Of a stretch of DNA of 34,754 nucleotides, positions 7,701 through 14,695 are shown one piece after another. Source of the DNA: an uncultured Clostridia bacterium (GTDB lineage Bacteria > Bacillota > Clostridia > Oscillospirales > Oscillospiraceae); assembly GCA_947169005.1 (NCBI GenBank), contig CAMVOG010000001.1, forward strand, positions 1-34,754, in the 5' to 3' direction. Each line of letters opens with the position of its first letter. Position 1 is the stretch's first letter. The notes under the pieces are model-generated. The model was not told the origin of the DNA. It saw only the letters and a program-made list of their open reading frames with translations, and made no database searches. A program made the position numbers and the translations under genes.

Positions 7701-8972
7701 ATGCTGACTGCTATTGTGGGAACCAACTGGGGCGACGAGGGCAAGGGCCGGATGGTGGACCTGCTCAGCGCCGATTACGATATCGTCTGCCGCTATCAGG
7801 GCGGCAACAACGCGGGGCATACCGTGGTGAACGACAAGGGGAAATTCATCCTCAACCTGCTGCCCTCCGGCATTCTGCGGCCCGAAACCGTGAACGTGAT
7901 GGGCCCCGGCATGGTGGTGGACCTGAAGCACCTCTGCGGCGAGATCGCCCGCCTGCGGGAGGCGGGCATCGAGATCGGGCCGGAGCATCTGAAGCTCAGC
8001 GACCGGGCCGTGATCTGCCTGCCCTATCACGTGCTGCTGGACGGGCTGGAGGAGGATCGGCTGGGGGACGCAAAGTTCGGCTCCACCCGGCGGGGCATCG
8101 CCCCGGTCTATGCGGACAAGTACATGAAGAAGGCCCTGCGCATGGGCGAGCTGCTGGACACGGCGGAGCTGGAAAAGCGGCTGCCCGGCATCGTGGAATG
8201 GAAGAATCTCACGGTGGAAAAGGGTTACGGCGCAGAGGCCGTGGACGCCGGGGCGCTCCTGGCCTGGCTGCGGGAGTACGGCGACCCTCTCAAGCCCTAT
8301 ATCTGCGACGTGTCCGCCTATCTGCGGGAGGCGACGGCGGCGGGCAAGAACGTGATGTTCGAGGCCCAGCTTGGCTCCCTGCGGGACATTGACTACGGCA
8401 TTTACCCCTATACCTCCTCCTCCACGACCCTGGCAGCCTATGCCCCCATCGGGGCGGGCCTCCCCGGCGCGCGGCTGGACCGGGTGGTAGGCATCATGAA
8501 GGCCTATTCCAGCTGCGTGGGCGAGGGCCCCTTCACCTGCGAGCTCTTCGGCCCGGAGGGGGACCGTCTGCGGGAAGCGGGCGGCGAATACGGCGCGGCC
8601 ACGGGTCGCCCCCGGCGCGTGGGCGGCTTCGACGCGGTGGCCTCCCGTTACGGGGCCATGGTCCAGGGCTGCACGGAGATCGCCCTGACGAAGCTGGACG
8701 TGCTGTCCTATATGGAGAGGATCCCCGTCTGCGTGGCCTATGAGATCGACGGGGAGCGGGTGTACGACTTTCCCGTGGGCTCCCGCCTGGAACGGGCCAA
8801 GCCCGTCTATGAAACCTTCGAGGGCTTCGGCGCGGATATTTCCCGCTGCCGCAGCTTCGACGAGCTGCCCGAGGCGGCGCAGCGCTATGTGCGCTACGTG
8901 GAAAAGGAAGTGGGCGTGCCCGTGAAATACGTCTCCGTGGGCGCGAGCCGCGAGGAGATCATCGTTTTATAA
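7701..8972 (+). CDS. purA: Adenylosuccinate synthase
   Basis: 423 aa with 'GTNWGDEGKGRMVD' and 'GGNNAGHTV' motifs and full-length collinearity with PurA. Confidence 0.95.
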   Translation: MLTAIVGTNWGDEGKGRMVDLLSADYDIVCRYQGGNNAGHTVVNDKGKFILNLLPSGILRPETVNVMGPGMVVDLKHLCGEIARLREAGIEIGPEHLKLSDRAVICLPYHVLLDGLEEDRLGDAKFGSTRRGIAPVYADKYMKKALRMGELLDTAELEKRLPGIVEWKNLTVEKGYGAEAVDAGALLAWLREYGDPLKPYICDVSAYLREATAAGKNVMFEAQLGSLRDIDYGIYPYTSSSTTLAAYAPIGAGLPGARLDRVVGIMKAYSSCVGEGPFTCELFGPEGDRLREAGGEYGAATGRPRRVGGFDAVASRYGAMVQGCTEIALTKLDVLSYMERIPVCVAYEIDGERVYDFPVGSRLERAKPVYETFEGFGADISRCRSFDELPEAAQRYVRYVEKEVGVPVKYVSVGASREEIIVL

Positions 8973-9015
8973 GTGCTTCGTGCAATAGTGCTCAGTGCTT
9001 AGTGGAGGTGTCATC

Positions 9016-10557
9016 ATGTCACGACAGACCGTGATCATTCTGGATTTCGGCGGACAATACAATCAGCTCATCGCCCGGCGGGTGCGGGAGTGCGGCGTTT
9101 ACTGCGAGCTGCTGCCCTGGACCACGCCCCTGGAGCAAATCAAGGCAAAGGAGCCCATCTGCATCATCTTCACCGGGGGCCCCAACAGCGTTTACGCCCC
9201 CGACGCCCCGCGGGTGGACCCGGCGATCTTCACCTGGGGCGTGCCGATCCTGGGCATCTGCTACGGCTGCCAGCTCATGGCCCACAGCCTGGGCGGGCGG
9301 GTAGTCCCCGCGACCTCGGCCGCGGCCCGGGAATACGGCAAGACGGAGACGGTTTTTGACACGGGCTGCCGCCTCTTCCGCAACCTGCCGGAGGAGAGCG
9401 TGACCTGGATGAGCCACGGGGACTATCTGGAAAAGGTGCCCGAGGGCTTCCGCCTCACGGCGCACACGACGGCCTGCCCCACCGCCGCCATCGCGGACGA
9501 GAGCCGGGGCTTCTACGGCGTGCAGTTCCACCCGGAGGTAAACCACACCCAATTCGGCAAGGAGATGCTGCACCGCTTCCTCTACGAGGTCTGCGGGGCC
9601 CGGGGCGACTGGTCCATGGGGGACTTCTGCCGCCTCACCGTGGCCGCCCTGCGGGAGGAGATCGGCGGCGGCAAGGTGCTGCTGGCCCTCTCCGGCGGCG
9701 TGGACTCCTCCGTGCTGGCCGCGCTGCTGGCCGAGGCGGTGGGCAGTCAGCTCACCTGCGTTTTCGTGGACCACGGCCTCATGCGCAAGAATGAGGGGGA
9801 CGAGGTGCAGGCCGCCTTCGCCAAGTGGGACGTGAATTTCATCCGCGTGAACGCGGAGGAGCGCTTCCTCACGGCCCTGGCGGGCGTGACGGAGCCCGAG
9901 CGCAAGCGCAAGATCATCGGGGAGGAGTTCATCCGCGTCTTCGAGGCCGAAGGAAAGAAGATCGGCAGCGTGGACTTTCTCGCCCAGGGCACCATTTACC
10001 CGGACGTGATCGAATCCGGCGCGGGGGCCGCGGCGGTCATCAAGAGCCACCATAACGTGGGCGGCCTGCCGGATTTCGTGGATTTCAAGGAGATCATTGA
10101 GCCCCTGCGCCTGCTCTTCAAGGACGAGGTGCGGCAGCTTGGCCGGGAGCTGGGCCTGCCCGAATACCTGGTCACGCGCCAGCCCTTCCCCGGCCCCGGC
10201 CTGGCCCTGCGGGTCATCGGAGAGATCACGAAGGAGAAGCTGGACATCGTGCGGGAGGCGGACTTTATCTTCCGCGACGAGGCCGCCAGGGCGGGTCTCG
10301 CGGGCAGCATGAGCCAATACTTCGCCGCTCTCACCAATATGCGCTCCGTGGGCGTCATGGGGGACGGGCGCACCTATGACTACGCCGTGGCCCTCCGCGC
10401 CGTTTCCACCGAGGATTTCATGACCGCCGACTGGGTCCGCCTGCCCTACGACCTGCTGGACCGGGTCAGCGTCCGCATCGTCAACGAGGTCAAGGGCGTC
10501 AACCGCGTGCTGTACGACATCACCAGCAAGCCCCCCGCGACCGTGGAATACGAATAA
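9016..10557 (+). CDS. guaA: Glutamine-hydrolysing GMP synthase
   Basis: ATG 9016 follows GGAGG (9004..9008). GATase '[11 protein letters not shown]', PP-loop 'SGGVDSSV', C-terminus 'KPPATVEYE'. Confidence 0.95.
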   Translation: MSRQTVIILDFGGQYNQLIARRVRECGVYCELLPWTTPLEQIKAKEPICIIFTGGPNSVYAPDAPRVDPAIFTWGVPILGICYGCQLMAHSLGGRVVPATSAAAREYGKTETVFDTGCRLFRNLPEESVTWMSHGDYLEKVPEGFRLTAHTTACPTAAIADESRGFYGVQFHPEVNHTQFGKEMLHRFLYEVCGARGDWSMGDFCRLTVAALREEIGGGKVLLALSGGVDSSVLAALLAEAVGSQLTCVFVDHGLMRKNEGDEVQAAFAKWDVNFIRVNAEERFLTALAGVTEPERKRKIIGEEFIRVFEAEGKKIGSVDFLAQGTIYPDVIESGAGAAAVIKSHHNVGGLPDFVDFKEIIEPLRLLFKDEVRQLGRELGLPEYLVTRQPFPGPGLALRVIGEITKEKLDIVREADFIFRDEAARAGLAGSMSQYFAALTNMRSVGVMGDGRTYDYAVALRAVSTEDFMTADWVRLPYDLLDRVSVRIVNEVKGVNRVLYDITSKPPATVEYE

Positions 10558-10572
10558 GTACGAAGTCCAAAG

Positions 10573-10610
10573 AAGGGGCTGTTGCAATCAATCTTGCAAC
10601 AGCCCCTTTC
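10573..10610 (+). terminator. Hairpin terminator after guaA
   Basis: 15-bp stem AAGGGGCTGTTGCAA / TTGCAACAGCCCCTT with a 6-nt loop. The trailing T tract is short. Confidence 0.55.
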
Positions 10611-10664
10611 GCTGCCTGCGGGAACGGGCCGCCGGCGCTTTCTGCGCTTTCTCCGTCGGCGGCC

Positions 10665-10693
10665 TTGAAAACGCTTCCGATGATCGGTATAAT
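10665..10693 (+). promoter_or_regulatory. Near-consensus sigma-A promoter of the three-gene sensory operon
   Basis: TTGAAA (10665..10670), exactly 17 nt, then TATAAT (10688..10693). Confidence 0.6.
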
Positions 10694-10749
10694 TGTTTAT
10701 AACGCGGAAGAAAAACGGGTCTGTACGGACCGGATTGGAAAGAACGGGT

Positions 10750-12417
10750 ATGGGTGAAGCAAAAAAGACTCTCCGGCGGATGGGCTTTTACTATCTGCTG
10801 ATGGCGATCAATATCATCCCCTGCGCAAACGTGATTCCAGACAGCTTTCCCACCCGGAATCTGTCTACGATCTATCTGCTGATCCTGTGCGTGTGCCTCG
10901 TATTGTATTACGCCCACAGGGTATCTCCGGCCGGCCGCCTTTCGGCCATGATGATGTCGCTTTCATGGATGGCGCTGCTTCTGATCCTGCTGCGCGGGCT
11001 GAAGTACAGCGTTTTTTCCGAGGTCGGCGTTCTGGCCCGGCATATCTGGTACCTGTACTACGTTCCGCTGCTCCTGCTCCCTCTGTTTTTGTTCTATATC
11101 TCTCTTCTCGTCGCGTCGAAGGAATCGACGCGCGGCTCCCGGCTGTGGTGCGGGGCGCTGGTACTGACGGTTCTGTTTATCGCCCTGGTTCTGACGAACG
11201 ACGCGCACCAGCTTGTTTTCCGCTTTCAGCCGGGGTTCCGGCACTGGGACGACAGCTATTCCCACGGCTGGCTCTTTTACACCGTTACGGTCTGGCAATA
11301 TGCGCTCTATCTGGCGGGCATTCTGATCCTGGTGCGCAAATGCCGCGTCAGCAGCGCGAAAAGGAACGCATGGCTCCTTCTGATCCCCTTCGCGTTCGGG
11401 ATCGCCGCGAGCGTGCTTCTGATCACGGGAAAGATGCCGAAGCTGGGCGGCACCAACGCCATCGAGTTTCCCGAGACGCTGATTTTAACGGTTGCGGCCG
11501 TGCTGGAGTGCTGCATGCAGCTGGGGCTGATCCCCACGAACACCGACTACGGAAGGCTGTTTCAGCATTTTTCCATCGCCGCGCAGATCACCGACCAAAA
11601 GGGGAACCCGGTCTACGCCTCCGATTCCGCGGCGCCGCTGACCCCGGCGCAATTTGCCATGGAGGACGGCGGGCGCATGGACGCGCATACCGCGCTGCAT
11701 AAGAAAGCGCTCCCCGGCGGCTTCGGCTTCTGGCAGGACGATCTTACAGAGCTGGACCGGCTGAACGAGGCGCTGGAGGAGGCGAAGGAGGGCCTGGCGC
11801 AGGAGGGAGAGCTGATCCGCCTGCGCGGCGAGCTGAAGGAACGCCGGACGAAGCTGGAGCAGCGGACGCTGGTGTATGACGCCATCGCCCGGCAGACCCA
11901 GAGACAGTCCCGGCTGATCTCCGAGCTGGCGCGGTCCGGCCGCGCGGCAGCGGATGCGGCTGCCAGGGACGCTTGCCGCAAGCGGATCATTCTGCTGGCC
12001 GCCTATATCAAGCGCTACGCGAATCTGATGCTGCTTTCCCGTGAGAGCGGCACGGTGGACGCCGGTGAGCTGGGGCTCTCGTTCGCGGAGCTGCTTCGCC
12101 GCCTGATCGACTGCGGGACCCCCTGTGAGCTCATCCAGAGCGGGGACGGCCTCCTGCCCGCGGAGGCGGCGCTCGCCGTCTTTGAGGCCTTTGAATCACT
12201 GCTGGAGGAAAACGAGGCCTCCCTCCGGGGCGTATTCGTCAAGCTCTCCGCTCACGGGCAGGCGACGCTCAAGCTGACCCTGGAAGATCTGACCGTGCCG
12301 CTTTCCGCCGTCATGGAAGCGCGTCTGCGGCAGTGCGGCGTCGGGCTCGAAAGTCAGCGGGAGGAAAACGTGAGCTACCTATGCTTCACCCTGCCGAAGG
12401 GAGGCGAGCGGGCATGA
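10750..12417 (+). CDS. 7-8 TM sensor-like membrane protein with a coiled coil and a degenerate kinase-like C-terminus
   Basis: About 555 aa from ATG 10750. It has eight hydrophobic segments, then 'DDLTELDRLNEALEEAKEGLAQEGELIRLRGELKERRTKLEQ'. I see no H-box His and no N/G ATP-binding boxes. Its stop overlaps the next start (ATGA). Confidence 0.75.
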   Translation: MGEAKKTLRRMGFYYLLMAINIIPCANVIPDSFPTRNLSTIYLLILCVCLVLYYAHRVSPAGRLSAMMMSLSWMALLLILLRGLKYSVFSEVGVLARHIWYLYYVPLLLLPLFLFYISLLVASKESTRGSRLWCGALVLTVLFIALVLTNDAHQLVFRFQPGFRHWDDSYSHGWLFYTVTVWQYALYLAGILILVRKCRVSSAKRNAWLLLIPFAFGIAASVLLITGKMPKLGGTNAIEFPETLILTVAAVLECCMQLGLIPTNTDYGRLFQHFSIAAQITDQKGNPVYASDSAAPLTPAQFAMEDGGRMDAHTALHKKALPGGFGFWQDDLTELDRLNEALEEAKEGLAQEGELIRLRGELKERRTKLEQRTLVYDAIARQTQRQSRLISELARSGRAAADAAARDACRKRIILLAAYIKRYANLMLLSRESGTVDAGELGLSFAELLRRLIDCGTPCELIQSGDGLLPAEAALAVFEAFESLLEENEASLRGVFVKLSAHGQATLKLTLEDLTVPLSAVMEARLRQCGVGLESQREENVSYLCFTLPKGGERA

Positions 12418-13661
12418 CGGCCTTTGCTTCTCTCTCCGCCCTTGCGCGGGCGCTCTTTGCGCTCTGGGCCCTGCTCCTCTGTCTTGCCAATATCGGCAGC
12501 GCGGTGCTCTCATCGGTCAGACGGCGGTTTCGCTTTGCCGCGCTGGCCCTGCTGCTCTTCCTGCCGGTATATTTCCTGTGGCAGGTGATCTTCGATCTCT
12601 CCCTGTCCCACAGAGGGGGCACCGCCGTCCCGCTCAGCGTGGCCCTGGGCGGCATTCCGCTGATCGCCTGGCTGCCGGTGTTCGCCCTGCTGACAGCGGC
12701 CTCCGCCGTTCTGTTTCTCCGCAATCTCCGTTATGACAGGACCTTCCTTACCCCGGGCACGATCAAGCTCTTCCTTGACGGGCTCCCCTGCGGCGTCTGC
12801 TGCTGGGAGGACAGCGGAAGGGTCCTCTTTTCCAACGTGTGCATGAATCGCCTCTGCGCCGCCGTGACGGACGGTCCGCTGCTCAACGGCAATCAGTTTT
12901 GGGAGGCGGTCTCCGCCAGGATCCTCACCCTGGATGGGACGGTGTGGCGTTTTTCCTGCCGGGAAATGGATCTGGACGGCCAACGTCTGCATGAGATGAT
13001 CGCCTCGGACGTTACGGCGGAATACGCCAAGACCATGACCCTGGAGCGGGACAGGGTGGAGCTGGCCCGGCTCAACGAGCAGCTTCGCAGCTACTATCTC
13101 AGCATCGACGAGGTCGTGAGCCGGCAGGAGGTTTTGCAGGCAAAGGTGAACATCCACGACGAGATGAACCGGCTGATGCTTTCCACGACCGCCGCGGACG
13201 CCGCAGACGAGGAGGAGCTGGACCGGGTCTTCTCCCTGTGGGAGCAAAACGCCCTGCTGCTGTGCATGGAGGCCGGCAGCGACCGGGATACCCGGGCAAT
13301 CGACAGCCTGGAGCAGCTTGCCGCGGCGCTCAGACTCCGGCTCGTCTGGCAGGGCGAGCTGCCGGAGGCCCTTTCGGAGCGGCAGCGCAGTCTGTTCTTT
13401 TCCGCCGCGCAGGAGGCCATGGCCAACGCCGTCAAGCACGCGGAGGCCAAAGCCGTGACGCTGTCCTTTGACGAGAGCGAGGCGGCGCTTTGCTGCCGCT
13501 TTTCCAACGATGGGAAGGCGCCCCCCGGCCCGGTGAGCTTTACCGGAGGGCTGCGGAATCTTGCGCTCCTGGCGGAGCAGCAGGGCGCGTCCGTTTCGGT
13601 CAGCGCCGAAAACGGCTTTACCCTCTCCCTCTGCTTTCCGAAACATCAACCGAACGGCTGA
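12414..13661 (+). CDS. Sensor histidine kinase (HisKA_3/NarX-DesK type)
   Basis: 415 aa from ATG 12414. It has N-terminal TM segments, an H-box-like 'KVNIHDEMNRLML' and an ATPase region 'AAQEAMANAVKHAEA...GGLRNLALLAEQQG'. Confidence 0.85.
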   Translation: MTAFASLSALARALFALWALLLCLANIGSAVLSSVRRRFRFAALALLLFLPVYFLWQVIFDLSLSHRGGTAVPLSVALGGIPLIAWLPVFALLTAASAVLFLRNLRYDRTFLTPGTIKLFLDGLPCGVCCWEDSGRVLFSNVCMNRLCAAVTDGPLLNGNQFWEAVSARILTLDGTVWRFSCREMDLDGQRLHEMIASDVTAEYAKTMTLERDRVELARLNEQLRSYYLSIDEVVSRQEVLQAKVNIHDEMNRLMLSTTAADAADEEELDRVFSLWEQNALLLCMEAGSDRDTRAIDSLEQLAAALRLRLVWQGELPEALSERQRSLFFSAAQEAMANAVKHAEAKAVTLSFDESEAALCCRFSNDGKAPPGPVSFTGGLRNLALLAEQQGASVSVSAENGFTLSLCFPKHQPNG

Positions 13662-13717
13662 TGCGCTTTTGCGCCGCATCGGGTAAACTGACAGAAAAAC
13701 CGGAAGGAGGTGCCGAA

Positions 13718-14356
13718 GTGGCGTACCGTGTTTTGATCGTGGAGGACCAGGCCATCCCGCGGGAGCTGTTTGAGATCTACGTCCACGCTTCCCCGCAGTT
13801 TGAGCACGTGCTCTCGATCGCCAACGCCTCGGCGGCCCTCTCGGTCTGCCGGAACAACGCGGTGGATCTGATATTGATGGACGTGATGACCGAGCTGGGG
13901 CAAAGCGGACTGGACGCGGCGGAGCAGATCAAGCGGGAGTTCCCGCAGATCAGGATCATCATCGTCACCTCCATGCCCGAGTATTCCTGGCTCAGCCGGG
14001 CGCGGAGGATCGGGGTGGATTCCTTCTGGTACAAGGACGGCCACAAGGACGGCATTCTGGACGTGATGGAGCGGACCATGGCGGGGGAGCACATTTATCC
14101 GGACGAGACCCCTCTCATCCGCATCGGCAACACCACCAACCGGGAATTCACCGAACGGGAGCTGGAGATCCTCAAGGAGCTGACCACCGGAGATACCAAC
14201 GCCGAGATCGCCCGGCGGCTCTGCGTATCGGTGGCCACGGTCAAAAGCCACATCCTGCATCTGATGGAGAAGACCGGCTTCCGGACCCGCACGGAGCTGG
14301 TATCCGAAGCCAGGGGACTGGGCATCGTGATCAAGGACAGGCGGGAGGAAGAATAG
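13718..14356 (+). CDS. NarL/LuxR-family response regulator
   Basis: GTG 13718 lies 7 nt after GGAAGGAGG (13702..13710); ATG 13661 is an alternative. REC domain 'RVLIVEDQ...DLILMDV', LuxR HTH 'LTERELEILKELTTGDTNAEIARRLCVSVATVKSHI'. Confidence 0.9.
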   Translation: MAYRVLIVEDQAIPRELFEIYVHASPQFEHVLSIANASAALSVCRNNAVDLILMDVMTELGQSGLDAAEQIKREFPQIRIIIVTSMPEYSWLSRARRIGVDSFWYKDGHKDGILDVMERTMAGEHIYPDETPLIRIGNTTNREFTERELEILKELTTGDTNAEIARRLCVSVATVKSHILHLMEKTGFRTRTELVSEARGLGIVIKDRREEE

Positions 14357-14374
14357 CGTTTTTCCATACGGATC

Positions 14375-14403
14375 GGCCGGACGCGCATGCCGCGCGTCCG
14401 GCC
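14375..14403 (+). repeat. GC-rich palindromic element, copy 1
   Basis: 12-bp stem GGCCGGACGCGC / GCGCGTCCGGCC with loop ATGCC and no T tract. Its 27-nt core (14376..14402) recurs at 14562..14588. Confidence 0.7.
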
Positions 14404-14431
14404 GTGTGTCGACAAAGTGTCGACGCACGGC

Positions 14432-14468
14432 GTAAGAAGGGAAAATCAAACCGATTTTCCCTTCTTAC
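14432..14468 (+). other. Perfect 16-bp hairpin in the leader region
   Basis: GTAAGAAGGGAAAATC (14432..14447) / GATTTTCCCTTCTTAC (14453..14468), loop AAACC. Confidence 0.7.
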
Positions 14469-14480
14469 ATAGATGAAAAC

Positions 14481-14506
14481 GTGAGGGGGAGTCCCCTCCC
14501 CCTCAC
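14481..14506 (+). other. 11-bp G/C hairpin in the leader region
   Basis: GTGAGGGGGAG / CTCCCCCTCAC with a 4-nt loop. Confidence 0.7.
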
Positions 14507-14561
14507 AGACCCCCATGCGAATCCGCAAGGGTCAGTTTATGTTTACGTTTGTTTACAGTCT

Positions 14562-14594
14562 GCCGGACGCGCATGCCGCGCGTCCGGCTTTCTT
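14562..14594 (+). terminator. GC-rich palindromic element, copy 2, with a T tract (terminator/attenuator-like)
   Basis: The 27-nt core is identical to 14376..14402 and is followed by TTTCTT. It lies about 100 nt upstream of the giant-gene ATG. Confidence 0.5.
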
Positions 14595-14695
14595 ATGGCA
14601 AAAATCAGCCGATCGGTTGATGCGGGGCAGAGAGCCTTCTGCTATGCTTACAATTGGGTTATACTACAACGCTCAAACAGAACGGAGGTCCGCAT

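Noticed and set aside
6255-10587. Long minus-strand ORFs (6255..8030, 6389..7258 and 9019..10587) opposite the antiporter, purA and guaA
   Set aside because: They are shadow ORFs of strongly supported genes, with His/Gly/Arg/Ala-rich composition and no recognisable domains.
12510-14449. Minus-strand ORFs of 389 aa and 267 aa opposite the kinase and response regulator
   Set aside because: They lie antisense to genes with clear H-box/REC/HTH motifs and have shadow-ORF composition.
14375-14590. Possible CRISPR or other array, considered because of the repeated 27-mer (and the 60-bp repeat at 25513..25606)
   Set aside because: There are only two copies of each, no regular repeat-spacer structure, and the repeats are strong palindromes typical of REP or terminator elements.
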